43,809 nucleotides of DNA from Candidatus Acidiferrales bacterium (GTDB lineage: Bacteria > Eisenbacteria > RBG-16-71-46). Position numbers and translations under genes: made by a program. The notes beneath the pieces were generated by a model. The model had not been told where the DNA came from. It did not search any database and worked only from the letters and a program-made list of their open reading frames with translations. Positions 1 to 8,806 of the stretch are shown here, in pieces; position 1 is the stretch's first letter; each line of letters starts with the position of its first letter. The DNA lies in the NCBI GenBank assembly GCA_035500415.1, contig DATJXF010000009.1, forward strand, positions 1 to 43,809, in the 5' to 3' direction.

Positions 1-247
1 AGGTGCGAACGCGGGCCGAACCCATGAGACGAGTCTAGGGAGGCGCGCGGGCGATTCCGCACGACGATCCATTGCGGGGCGGGAGCACCCGGCGCGCTGG
101 GCCCTTGCGCCCGCAAGGCGCGAGCGCGTTGCGGCGCGGGCGACTCGCGCGCCGGGGGGAAATGCCGCGCGCCCCGGTCCGAAGCCGGAGCGCGCGAGAT
201 CACCCATCGCGAAATGCGGCGCGCGTTGCAGGGCGCGCCGCGCGCGG

Positions 248-1042
248 TCAGCGATCGGGTCCCAGCAGCTGGCCGAGCCCGCCCAGGAGTCCCCCCTCGT
301 CGACGCGCCGGCCGCCGCCCTGCGGTGCGGCCGCGAAGATGCGGCCGGCGAGGCGCGAGAACGGCAGCGACTGGAGCCACACCCTGCCGGGCCCTTTGAG
401 CGTCGCGAGGAAGAGCCCCTCGCCGCTGAAGAGCATCGTCCGGATGCCGCCCGCGAGCTGGATGTCGTAGTCGACGCCCGCTGTCATCGCGACGATGCAG
501 CCGGTCTCGACGCGCAGCGTCTCGCCCGCGGCGAGCGTGCGCTGCTCGAGGGTGCCGCCGGCGTGCACGAACGCGAAACCGTCGCCGTGGAGCCGCTCGA
601 GGATGAAGCCCTCGCCGCCGAAGAGCCCGGCGCCGAAGCGCCGCGTGAACGCGATGTCGATGCCCACGCCCTTCGCCGCGACGAGGAACGAGTCCTTCTG
701 CGTGATGAGCTCGCCGCCCAGCTCGGCGAGCGGGATCGCGACGATCTTGCCGGGATACGGCGCGGCGAACGCGGCCTTGCGCTTCACGCGGCCCTGGTTC
801 TGGAACACCGTCATGAACAGCGACTGGCCGACCAGGAGCCGCTTGCCCGCGCCCAGCAGCGCGCCCACGAGACCACTCGGCTGCACCGAGCCGTCCCCGA
901 AGATCGTCTCCATGTGGATGTCGTCTTCGAGGTACATCATCGCGCCCGCCTCGCCGACGACCGCCTCGCCGGGATCGAGCTCGATCTTCACGTACTGGAG
1001 GTCGTTGCCGAGAATCTCGTAGTCGACGACGTCGTTGGACAT
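248..1042 (-). CDS. AIM24 / TIGR00266 (DUF124) family protein
   Basis: 264-aa ORF with ATG at 1042. MSNDVVDYEILGNDLQYVKIELDPGE N-terminus and GGEGFILERLHGDG / LFSGEGLFLATLKGPGRVWLQSLP blocks are typical of this family. Confidence 0.85.
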   Translation of the reverse strand: MSNDVVDYEILGNDLQYVKIELDPGEAVVGEAGAMMYLEDDIHMETIFGDGSVQPSGLVGALLGAGKRLLVGQSLFMTVFQNQGRVKRKAAFAAPYPGKIVAIPLAELGGELITQKDSFLVAAKGVGIDIAFTRRFGAGLFGGEGFILERLHGDGFAFVHAGGTLEQRTLAAGETLRVETGCIVAMTAGVDYDIQLAGGIRTMLFSGEGLFLATLKGPGRVWLQSLPFSRLAGRIFAAAPQGGGRRVDEGGLLGGLGQLLGPDR

Positions 1043-1118
1043 GAGAGCTCCTTCGCGAGGGGCGTCCGCACCGATCGGGCGGGCCGGGAGGAACTACGTC
1101 CCCTGGGCGGCGCCGGTT

Positions 1119-1910
1119 TCAGTCCAGCTCGACGAGCCCGTGTGCGCGCAGCATCTCCTCGAAGCGCGCGAGGCCGGACTGCTCCTCGGGCCCGAAGCGG
1201 TAGTGGAACTGGCGCAGGTAGCTCTCGGTCTCGGCCGTGGACCAGCCCGGATCGGTCGTGCGGCGTGCGACCTCCGGCAGCGACGCCAGTCCGGCTGCGA
1301 GCGAGGCCTCGAGGAACGCGCGCATCTCGTCCTTGACCGCGGGATCGAGCGCCGAGCGCACGACCCACAGCGCGTAGACGAACGGCAGGCTGGTCCACGC
1401 GAGCCAGTCCTCGCCGAGGTCGAGCACGTGCGTGAAGCCCTCGGGCGGGCGCTTGCGCGTGCGCATCGCCTGATCGCCGATCAGGAGCACGGCGTCGGCC
1501 TGCGTCGGCTCCAGCCCGCGCACGTAGCGCACGCCCTCGAGTCCGCGGCGTACGTCGAGCAGCAGGCGCAGCAGGCGAATCGAGGTCGACGTGGCCGGCG
1601 TGACCGAGATGCGCGCGCCCGCCAGCGCGGCCGCCGGCCGGCGCGAGAAGAGCAGCACCGAGAGCACCGGCCCGCGCGCCGCGACGCCCAGCGGCGCGAG
1701 CACCTCGAAGCGGTCGCGCAGCCGCAGGTAGTCGCCCGCAGCCATCAGCCCCAGGTCGACGCCGCCCGATTCGGCCTCGCGCCCCAACTCGCGCGGTTCG
1801 AGGTTCCGCACCGCGAACGGCGCGTCGTCCCAGAGCGCGTAAAACGGCGCCGCATTGGCGTAGGGAATGCGGGCCGCGACGACCGTGGAGAGCGAGCGCG
1901 AGGTGGGCAT
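1119..1910 (-). CDS. mqnA: chorismate dehydratase MqnA (futalosine pathway), MqnA/MqnD/SBP family
   Basis: ORF 1119..1922; I prefer the internal ATG at 1910 (MPTSRSLSTVVAARIPYANAAPFYALW...). The IPYxNxxPF N-terminus and overall length fit MqnA. The start could instead be the GTG at 1922. Confidence 0.75.
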   Translation of the reverse strand: MPTSRSLSTVVAARIPYANAAPFYALWDDAPFAVRNLEPRELGREAESGGVDLGLMAAGDYLRLRDRFEVLAPLGVAARGPVLSVLLFSRRPAAALAGARISVTPATSTSIRLLRLLLDVRRGLEGVRYVRGLEPTQADAVLLIGDQAMRTRKRPPEGFTHVLDLGEDWLAWTSLPFVYALWVVRSALDPAVKDEMRAFLEASLAAGLASLPEVARRTTDPGWSTAETESYLRQFHYRFGPEEQSGLARFEEMLRAHGLVELD

Positions 1911-2064
1911 GGCGGCTCGCACGATACCGCCGCCTTCGGGCGGGGTCGAGCCGAGCCCGGCGCCGGGCGTCGCGGGCGCAGCGAGTCAACCGGGCTACCC
2001 GGCCGCAGCGGGTGTTCCGGCCACAGCGAGCGCAGCGGGCGCGACGATTTCGCGACGATTCCGC

Positions 2065-2094
2065 TTGTGCGCCCGGGCGGGTCGCCGCTAAGCT
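2065..2094 (+). promoter_or_regulatory. candidate sigma70-like promoter for the his leader (TTGTGC-N18-TAAGCT)
   Basis: Hexamers at 2065..2070 and 2089..2094 lie just upstream of the leader ATG at 2104. The match is weak and would imply a near-leaderless leader mRNA. Confidence 0.25.
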
Positions 2095-2103
2095 TCACGC
2101 CTC

Positions 2104-2190
2104 ATGTCCGCACTCCGCCGCCATCATGTGCATCGCCACCACGCCCGCAGGGGCCGTGGTCGATGCGCGTTGCGCGAAACGGCGGACTGA
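2104..2190 (+). CDS. hisL: candidate his operon leader peptide (MSALRRHHVHRHHARRGRGRCALRETAD)
   Basis: 28-codon ORF in the mqnA/hisG divergent spacer. It has 5 His codons within 7 consecutive codons (CAT CAT GTG CAT CGC CAC CAC, 2122..2142). An in-frame TAA at 2089 makes 2104 the first possible start. An intrinsic terminator follows directly before hisG. No clear SD. Confidence 0.6.
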   Translation: MSALRRHHVHRHHARRGRGRCALRETAD

Positions 2191-2222
2191 AGCGCCGAAT
2201 CCCGAAGCAACGACTCGATCGC

Positions 2223-2259
2223 GGCCCGTCCGGAAATCCGGACGGGCCTTTCGCTTTTT
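2223..2259 (+). terminator. intrinsic terminator / attenuator upstream of hisG
   Basis: Perfect 11-bp GC-rich stem: ggcccgtccgg (2223..2233), loop aaat, ccggacgggcc (2238..2248). It is followed by tttcgcttttt and sits 20 nt before the hisG start, upstream of the hisG SD AGGAGGA (2267..2273). Confidence 0.75.
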
Positions 2260-2279
2260 CCGACGCAGGAGGAAACGCC

Positions 2280-3146
2280 GTGCTCCGCATCGCGCTCCCC
2301 AACAAGGGCAGGCTCGCCGACGAGACCCGCGAGCTGTTCGAGGACGCCGGGCTCGACGTGCGCACCGGCTCGCCCCGCGCGCTCGTCGCCTCGCTGGGCG
2401 GCGTGTTCGAGGCGCTGTTCGTGCGCGCCCAGGACATCGCCGAGTTCGTCGCGGACGGCGCCGCCGACGTCGGCGTGACGGGCCACGACCTCGTCGCCGA
2501 ATCCGGCCGCGAGCTCGACACGTTGCTCGATCTCGGTTTCGGTCGCTGCCGACTCGTGCTGGCCGCGCACGACGAACGTGGCGCCGCATCGGCCGAGGCG
2601 CTGCTGCCGGGCACGCGCGTCGCGACGTCGTTCCCGCGCATCGCGCGCGAGTTCTTCGAGCGCCGCCACCTCGCGGTCGAGATCGTGCCGGTCTCCGGCG
2701 CCGCCGAGATCGCGCCGCACGTCGGGATCGCCGACGTGGTCGTCGACCTCACCTCGACCGGCTCCACGATGCGCGTGAACGGCCTGCGGGAGATCGAAAC
2801 CCTCCTCGAGTCCACCGCGCGGCTCGTGAGCCGGCCCGGCGCGCGCGCGGCCGACGAGAACGGGACCGACGCGCTCGGCGAGCTGGTGATGGCGCTCGAG
2901 TCGGTGCTGCGGGCACGCGGCCGCCGCTACGTCATGGCCAACGTGCCGCGCAGCGCGCTGCCCGAGGTGCGCGCGGTGCTGCCGGGGTTGAACGGCCCCA
3001 CCGTGACCGAAGTGCTCGACGGCGGCCGCTTCGTCGCCGTTCACGCCGTGGTCGCCGCGGACGTGCTCATGAGCACCATCTCGGGTCTGCGCCGGCTCGG
3101 CGCCGAGGGCATCCTCGTCACCCGCATCGAGCGGCTGGTACCATGA
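2280..3146 (+). CDS. hisG: ATP phosphoribosyltransferase, long form (with C-terminal regulatory domain)
   Basis: GTG at 2280 lies 6 nt after AGGAGGA. VLRIALPNKGRLADETRELFEDAGL... and the DLTSTGSTMRVNGL motif are present. 288 aa implies the HisZ-independent long form. Confidence 0.95.
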   Translation: MLRIALPNKGRLADETRELFEDAGLDVRTGSPRALVASLGGVFEALFVRAQDIAEFVADGAADVGVTGHDLVAESGRELDTLLDLGFGRCRLVLAAHDERGAASAEALLPGTRVATSFPRIAREFFERRHLAVEIVPVSGAAEIAPHVGIADVVVDLTSTGSTMRVNGLREIETLLESTARLVSRPGARAADENGTDALGELVMALESVLRARGRRYVMANVPRSALPEVRAVLPGLNGPTVTEVLDGGRFVAVHAVVAADVLMSTISGLRRLGAEGILVTRIERLVP

Positions 3147-4444
3147 CGACACGATCGCGCTGGAACGGCGAGGCGCTCTCGGCGGCGCGCGAAGCACTCC
3201 TTCGCGAGCGACGCGCCGGCGGCGCCGATCCGGCGTGCGAATCGCAGGTGCGCGAGATCATCGCGCGCGTGCGCGCCGGCGGCGATCGCACGCTTTCGGA
3301 GCTCGCACAGCGCTTCGACGGCGTCGCACCGTCCGCGCTGGCGGTGCCCGCCGCGACGCTCGTCGCGGCCCGCGACGCGCTCGAGCCGGGCGTGAGGCGG
3401 GCGCTCGAGCACGCCGCGCGCAACCTCGAGCGTGCCCACGAGGCGTTCCGTCCGTGCGCCGTGGAGGTCGAGACCGAGCCCGGCGTGCGGGTGGGCCGCC
3501 GGCCCGATCCGCTCGCGCGCGTCGGCGTCTACGCGCCGGGCGGCCGTGCGGCCTACGCGAGCAGCGTGCTCATGGCCTGCATCCCGGCGCGCGTCGCGGG
3601 CGTCGCCCAGATCGTGGTCTGCTCGCCGCCCCAACGCGGGACGGGCCTGCCTTCCGACGTCGTGATGGCCGCGGCGCACCTCGCCGGCGCCACCGAGGTC
3701 GTGACGGCCGGTGGCGCGGGCGCGATCGCCGCGCTGGCCTACGGCACCGAAAGCCTCGCGCCCGTCGAGCGCATCGTCGGGCCCGGCAACGCGTGGGTCG
3801 CCGAGGCCAAACGCCAGGTCGCGGGCGTCGTCGGCATCGACTCGCCGGCGGGCCCGAGCGAACTGCTCGTGATCGCCGACGATGCCGCCGACGCGGACGG
3901 CATCGCGCGCGAGCTGCTCGCGCAGGCCGAGCACGACCCGGAGGCCGTCGCGATCGCGGTCGCGATCGGGCCGCGGATCGCCGCGGCGATGCAGACGGCG
4001 CTCGAGCGGGCGCTCGCCGGCGCGCCCTCCGGCGCGTACGCGGCGGCGCTCGTGCGGCGCGGCGGCGTGGTGCGCGCGGACGATGCCGGCGAGGCGCTGG
4101 CGTTCGCGAACGCGTTCGCGCCCGAGCACCTGCTGCTCGCGCTGAGCGCGCCCGAGGCCACGCTGGCGGAGGTTCGTGGCGCGGGCGCGGTGTTCGTCGG
4201 CGCGACGAGCTCCGTGGTGTTCGGCGACTACCTGGCGGGCGGTAATCACGTGCTGCCGACGGGCGGTGCCGCGCGCGCCTGTTCCGGACTCTCGACGCTC
4301 GACTTCGTGCGCTGGACCGCGTGGCAGCGCGTGAGCGAAGCGGGCGCGGCCGCGCTCGCCGGGGACGCGGGCGCGCTCGCGGAGGCCGAAGGCCTGCCGG
4401 CCCACGCCGCCGCCGCGCGCGCGTGGGCAGGAGCGGTGCGATGA
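3143..4444 (+). CDS. hisD: histidinol dehydrogenase
   Basis: ATG at 3143 overlaps the hisG stop (ATGA). GVYAPGGRAAYASSVLM, IVGPGNAWVAEAKR, GPSELLVIAD and QAEHDP blocks are present. Confidence 0.95.
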   Translation: MTTRSRWNGEALSAAREALLRERRAGGADPACESQVREIIARVRAGGDRTLSELAQRFDGVAPSALAVPAATLVAARDALEPGVRRALEHAARNLERAHEAFRPCAVEVETEPGVRVGRRPDPLARVGVYAPGGRAAYASSVLMACIPARVAGVAQIVVCSPPQRGTGLPSDVVMAAAHLAGATEVVTAGGAGAIAALAYGTESLAPVERIVGPGNAWVAEAKRQVAGVVGIDSPAGPSELLVIADDAADADGIARELLAQAEHDPEAVAIAVAIGPRIAAAMQTALERALAGAPSGAYAAALVRRGGVVRADDAGEALAFANAFAPEHLLLALSAPEATLAEVRGAGAVFVGATSSVVFGDYLAGGNHVLPTGGAARACSGLSTLDFVRWTAWQRVSEAGAAALAGDAGALAEAEGLPAHAAAARAWAGAVR

Positions 4445-5499
4445 GCTCCGGGCTCACGACGCGGCCGGACTGGGACGGCCTCGCGGCCTACCGCCCCGAG
4501 CCCGCGGCGCCGTCGGCGCGACTCGACCTCTCGGACAACACCAGCCGCTTCGGCGTACCGCCCGCGGCCGCGCTCGCGCTCGCCGCCGAACCGGTCGCCG
4601 CGCTCGCGCGTTATCCGCACGCCGACGCGGCGCCGCTCCGATGCGCGCTCGCGGACTACGCCGGGGTCCTGCCCGGACAGATCGTCACCGGATGCGGTTC
4701 GGACGACGTGCTGGACTCGGCGTTCCGGGCGCTCGCCGCGCCCGGCGCGCGCTGCGCGTTGCTCGCGCCGACGTTCCCGATGGCCGAGCGCTTCGCGCGC
4801 CTGAACGGCCTCTCGCCTTCGTCCGCGCCGCTCTCGCGCGATGGCGGCTTCGATCCCGATGCGCTGCTCGCGGGCGCGCCGGCGCTGGTCTACCTGTGTT
4901 CGCCCAACAACCCGACCGGCGCCGCGCTCGATCCCGACGCGCTCGAGTACGTGATCGCGCACGCGCCCGGCGCCGTTGTGCTCGACGAAGCGTACGCCGA
5001 GTTCGCGGACGGTGACTGGATCGCTCGGGCGCCCTCGCGACCCAACCTGCTCGTCACGCGCACGCTCTCCAAGGCGTTCGGGCTCGCTGCGCTGCGCGTC
5101 GGATACGCCGCGGCGACCGGGCGGCTGATCGAGCGCGTCGAGCTCTCGCGCGGGCCCTACAAGGTGAGCGGGATCGCCGAGCGCGTCGCGACGGCGGCGC
5201 TGCGCGACGATCGGCCCTGGGTACGCGAGCGGGCCGCGCAAGCCGCCGCGCTGCGCGACCGGTTGAGCGCGGCGCTGCGCGGACTCGGTCTGGAGCCGCT
5301 GCCTTCGGCGGCGAACTTCGTTTCCGTCCCGGTGCGGGACGCCGCCGCGCTCGCGGCCGCGACGAGCGCGCGCGGCGTCGCGCTGCGCGCGCTGCCGGCG
5401 CTTCCCGGCTTCGGCGACGTGCTGCGCATCACGGTCGCACCGTGGCCCGAGCTCGAGCGCGCACTCGCGGCACTCGCGGAGGCGCTGCGGTGCGCGTGA
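4441..5499 (+). CDS. hisC: histidinol-phosphate aminotransferase
   Basis: ATG at 4441 overlaps the hisD stop (ATGA). Class-II aminotransferase pattern (SPNNPTG, RTLSKAFGLAALRVGY with the PLP lysine) in his-operon context. Confidence 0.9.
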   Translation: MSSGLTTRPDWDGLAAYRPEPAAPSARLDLSDNTSRFGVPPAAALALAAEPVAALARYPHADAAPLRCALADYAGVLPGQIVTGCGSDDVLDSAFRALAAPGARCALLAPTFPMAERFARLNGLSPSSAPLSRDGGFDPDALLAGAPALVYLCSPNNPTGAALDPDALEYVIAHAPGAVVLDEAYAEFADGDWIARAPSRPNLLVTRTLSKAFGLAALRVGYAAATGRLIERVELSRGPYKVSGIAERVATAALRDDRPWVRERAAQAAALRDRLSAALRGLGLEPLPSAANFVSVPVRDAAALAAATSARGVALRALPALPGFGDVLRITVAPWPELERALAALAEALRCA

Positions 5500-6110
5500 C
5501 GCTCTTCGACTACGGCGCGGGCAACCTGCACTCGCTCGCGAAGGCGCTCGCGGCGGACGGCGTGACGCTCGTGATCACGAGCGATCCGTTCGCGGCGCTC
5601 GACACCGATGCGGTCGTGCTTCCGGGCGTGGGAGCGTTCGCGCCCGCCGCCGCCGCGCTCGCGCCGGCGCGCCCGCGCTGGCGCGACGCCGTGCAGGCCG
5701 GCCTGCCCTGCATCGGGATCTGCCTCGGCCTGCAACTGCTGCTGGACGCGAGCGAGGAGGGCGTGGGCGAAGGCCTCGGGCTCGTCGCGGGCCGGGTGCG
5801 GGCGCTCTCGACCCGGCGGCGGCCGCACATGGGCTGGAACGCGCTCGAGGGCGCGCTGGAGCCTGCGCTCGAAGCCGCTGGCCTGCGCGAGGCCTACTTC
5901 GCGCACTCGTTCGTCGTTCAACCCGAGGACGCCCGCGCGGTGACGGCGTGGACGGTGCACGAGCGCGAGCGCGTCCCCGCGATCGTGCGCTCCGGCTCCG
6001 CGCTGGGCGTCCAGTTCCATCCCGAGAAGAGCGGCCGCGCCGGCGTCGCGTTCCTGCAGTCGGTCCTCGCCGGGGCGCTCGCGCGCAGCGGCATGTCGGA
6101 GCGCGCGTGA
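5490..6110 (+). CDS. hisH: imidazole glycerol phosphate synthase, glutamine amidotransferase subunit
   Basis: GTG at 5490 lies 7 nt after GGAGG (5478..5482); an alternative GTG at 5496 would give a GTGA overlap with hisC. FDYGAGNLHS, GICLGLQLL and FHPEKS motifs are present. Confidence 0.9.
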   Translation: MRVTLFDYGAGNLHSLAKALAADGVTLVITSDPFAALDTDAVVLPGVGAFAPAAAALAPARPRWRDAVQAGLPCIGICLGLQLLLDASEEGVGEGLGLVAGRVRALSTRRRPHMGWNALEGALEPALEAAGLREAYFAHSFVVQPEDARAVTAWTVHERERVPAIVRSGSALGVQFHPEKSGRAGVAFLQSVLAGALARSGMSERA

Positions 6111-6817
6111 TCGCGATGCCCGCAATCGACCTGCGCGAGGGCGCGTGCGTGCAGCTCGTGGGCGGCGCCTACGAGCGCGAACGCGTGCGGCTCCCCGATC
6201 CGGTGGCCGTCGCGCACCGCTGGCGCGACTGCGGCTTTCGCGCGCTGCACGTGGTCGATCTCGACGCCGCGACGGGCCGCGGCGGGAACGCGGCGGCCAT
6301 CGCCGCGCTGCTCTCGGCCGGCGGCGAGGTGCAGGTGGGCGGCGGCGTGCGCGACGAAGCGACCATCGCGCGCTGGCTCGACGCCGGCGCGGCGCGGGTC
6401 GTGATCGGCACGCGCGCCATCGAGGATCCCGCCTGGCTGGCGGAGGCCGCGACGCGCTTTCCCGGCCGCCTCGTCGTCGCGCTCGACGAACGCGGCGGCC
6501 AGGTGGCGACGCACGGCTGGACGCGCGCGCATGCGGAGGGCGCGGACGAGCGCGCCGCCGCGCTCGCTTCGCTGCCGCTTGCCGCCGTGCTCGTCACCGC
6601 GGTCGACCGCGAGGGCCGCCTCGCCGGCCCCGATCTCGATCTCGTCGAGCGCGTCTCGAGCCGCGTTCCGCATCCCGTTCACGCCTCGGGCGGCATCGCC
6701 AGCCTCGAGGACCTGCGCGCCGTGGGCTCGCGCGGCGCCGCCGCCGCCGTGCTCGGCATGGCGCTCTACACCGGCGCGCTCGATGCGCGCGCCGTCGCGG
6801 AGGAGTTCGGCTCATGA
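6107..6817 (+). CDS. hisA: ProFAR isomerase (1-(5-phosphoribosyl)-5-[(5-phosphoribosylamino)methylideneamino]imidazole-4-carboxamide isomerase)
   Basis: GTG at 6107 overlaps the hisH stop (GTGA), with GGAG 5 nt upstream; alternative ATG at 6116. PAIDLREGACVQL, HVVDLDAA and GGGVR motifs are present. Confidence 0.9.
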   Translation: MIAMPAIDLREGACVQLVGGAYERERVRLPDPVAVAHRWRDCGFRALHVVDLDAATGRGGNAAAIAALLSAGGEVQVGGGVRDEATIARWLDAGAARVVIGTRAIEDPAWLAEAATRFPGRLVVALDERGGQVATHGWTRAHAEGADERAAALASLPLAAVLVTAVDREGRLAGPDLDLVERVSSRVPHPVHASGGIASLEDLRAVGSRGAAAAVLGMALYTGALDARAVAEEFGS

Positions 6818-7356
6818 CCTCGATCGTGCGCGAGACGCGCGAGACCCGCGTCGAGATCCGGCTCGCGCCGGGTGCGGGCACGACGCGTTGCCGCACCGGC
6901 TTGCGCTTTCTCGATCACATGATGACGACGCTCGCCGCCACCGCGGGCCTCGAGATGGAGCTCACGGCCCGCGGCGACCTGCGCCACCACGTGATCGAGG
7001 ACGTCGCCCTCGCCACCGGCGAGGCGGTCGCGAGGCTGCTGCCCGAGCGGCCCGTGCGCTACGGCGAGCGCACGCTCGCGATGGACGACGCTCTCGTCCA
7101 GGTGGCGCTCGACCTCGGCGGACGCGCGTACTACCGCGGCCCACTGCCCGCGCCGCTCTACGACCACTGGATGCGCTCGTTCGCGACGCAGGCGCGCGCG
7201 ACGCTGCACGTGCGCGTGCTGCGCGGGCGCGACCGGCACCACGTGATCGAGGCCGCCTTCAAAGCGCTGGGTTTCGCGCTGCGCGACGCGCTCGCTTCGA
7301 GCGGCGCCGGAGCGAGCACCAAGGGCGCGGTGCGCTGGGAGGACGGCGCGTGCTGA
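6814..7356 (+). CDS. hisB: imidazoleglycerol-phosphate dehydratase (monofunctional)
   Basis: ATG at 6814 overlaps the hisA stop (ATGA). RETRETRVEIRL, GLRFLDHMM, GDLRHHVIED and RDRHHVIEAAFKALG motifs are present. 180 aa, so no fused histidinol-phosphatase domain. Confidence 0.9.
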   Translation: MTSIVRETRETRVEIRLAPGAGTTRCRTGLRFLDHMMTTLAATAGLEMELTARGDLRHHVIEDVALATGEAVARLLPERPVRYGERTLAMDDALVQVALDLGGRAYYRGPLPAPLYDHWMRSFATQARATLHVRVLRGRDRHHVIEAAFKALGFALRDALASSGAGASTKGAVRWEDGAC

Positions 7357-8150
7357 GGCGCCGCGTGATCGCCTGCCTCGACGTGCGCGGCGAGCGCGTC
7401 GTGAAGGGCGTGGGCTTCGGGGACCTGCGCGACGTCGGCGATCCCGTCGAGCTGGCGGTCCGCCACGAGGCCGAGGGCGCCGACGAGATCGCGTTCCTCG
7501 ACATCTCCGCGACGCTCGAGGGCCGCGCGACGTTCCTCGAGGTCGTGCGGCGCACCGCCGAGCGCCTGTTCGTCCCGCTCACCGTGGGCGGCGGCATCCG
7601 CTCGGCCGAGGATGGCGCGCGCGCGCTGCGCGCCGGGGCCGACAAGGTGAGCCTCAACTCCGCGGCCGTGGCGCGTCCCGAGACGCTCGACGAGCTGGCC
7701 GGGCGTTTCGGCTCGCAATGCGTCGTGGCGAGCATCGACGCGCGGCTCGAGCACGGCGCCTGGCGCGTGTGGACGCACGGCGGCTCCCGCCCGAGCGGGC
7801 TCGATGCGATCGAGTGGGCTCGCGTGTGCGAGTGGCACGGCGCGGGCGAGGTGCTGCTCACCAGCATCGACCGCGACGGCACACGCTCGGGCTACGACCT
7901 CGAGCTGACGCGCGCCGCGGTGGACGCCGTACGCGTGCCGGTCGTGGCCTCGGGCGGCGCCGGATCGGCGGCGCACGTCGTGGAGGTGCTCGCCCGCGCC
8001 GGCGCGGACGCGGCCCTGCTGGCCGGCACGCTCCACGCGGGCGCGCTCGGGCTCGGCGAGATCAAGCAGGCCATGGCGCAAGCGGGACTCCCCGTGCGCC
8101 GCGCTCCCGGCACGCCCGCGCCCGACGCGGAGGCGCCATGTTCGAACTGA
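7350..8150 (+). CDS. hisF: imidazole glycerol phosphate synthase, cyclase subunit
   Basis: GTG at 7350 overlaps the hisB end by 7 nt. VLRRRVIACLDVRGERVVKGVGF, PLTVGGGIRS and SIDRDGT motifs are present. Confidence 0.95.
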   Translation: MLRRRVIACLDVRGERVVKGVGFGDLRDVGDPVELAVRHEAEGADEIAFLDISATLEGRATFLEVVRRTAERLFVPLTVGGGIRSAEDGARALRAGADKVSLNSAAVARPETLDELAGRFGSQCVVASIDARLEHGAWRVWTHGGSRPSGLDAIEWARVCEWHGAGEVLLTSIDRDGTRSGYDLELTRAAVDAVRVPVVASGGAGSAAHVVEVLARAGADAALLAGTLHAGALGLGEIKQAMAQAGLPVRRAPGTPAPDAEAPCSN

Positions 8151-8737
8151 CCCGGTTGCCGGAGGGAACGAGCGTGCCCGTGATCGCTCAGGACGCGCGC
8201 AGCGGCGTCGTGCTCATGCTGGCGTGGGCCGACCGCGAGGCCATCGAGCGCACGCTCGCGACCGGCGAGATGCACTATCGCTCGCGCACGCGCGGGCTGT
8301 GGCACAAGGGGGCGACGAGCGGTCACGTGCAGCGCGTCGTCTCGCTCGGCTGGGATTGCGACGCGGACGCAATCCTCGCGCGCGTCATCGCGGCGGGCCC
8401 CGCGTGCCACCAGGGCACGACGTCCTGCTTCCGCGACGAGGCGCTCGATGCGGACGCGCTCGCGGCGCTCGATCGCGTGATCGCGGCGCGGGCGGCGGGC
8501 GGGGATTCGCCGGATGCGAGCTACACGCGCCGGCTGCTCGGCGATCGCAATCTTCGGCTCAAGAAGCTGGGCGAGGAAGCAGGCGAGCTCGCGGTGGCGT
8601 GCGCCGATGGCGAGCGGTCGCGCGCCGTCTCGGAGGCCGCCGACCTCGTCTACCACGCGCTCGTCGCGCTGCGCGCGCTGGGCGCGGGACTCGACGACGT
8701 CCGGGCCGAGCTCGCGCAACGCGCGCGGCCGCGGTGA
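8138..8737 (+). CDS. hisIE: bifunctional phosphoribosyl-AMP cyclohydrolase / phosphoribosyl-ATP diphosphatase
   Basis: ATG at 8138 overlaps the hisF end by 13 nt. The HisI part (HYRSRTRGLWHKGATSGH, CDADAIL, GPACHQG) is followed by the HisE part (SYTRRLL, KKLGEEAGE, EAADLVYH). Confidence 0.9.
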   Translation: MFELTRLPEGTSVPVIAQDARSGVVLMLAWADREAIERTLATGEMHYRSRTRGLWHKGATSGHVQRVVSLGWDCDADAILARVIAAGPACHQGTTSCFRDEALDADALAALDRVIAARAAGGDSPDASYTRRLLGDRNLRLKKLGEEAGELAVACADGERSRAVSEAADLVYHALVALRALGAGLDDVRAELAQRARPR

Positions 8738-8788
8738 CGCGCCGGCACCGCAACGCCCGCCGCTCGCGCCCGGGCGCCGCGGCGGGGG

Positions 8789-8806
8789 GCGTGGCCTAGG
8801 CCACGC
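8789..8806. repeat. perfect 18-nt palindrome GCGTGGCCTAGGCCACGC at the hisIE/mqnE convergent junction (possible bidirectional terminator hairpin)
   Basis: The sequence is self-complementary and spans the mqnE TAG stop (8796..8798). There is no U-tract on either side. Confidence 0.35.

Noticed and set aside
1-247. Possible gene start at 25 on the minus strand (ATGGGTTCGGCC... running out of the window), and the plus-strand ORF 72..470.
   Set aside because: Only 8 codons of the first are visible and there is no SD. ORF 72..470 is Arg/Pro-rich shadow sequence overlapping the AIM24 gene. Neither can be supported.
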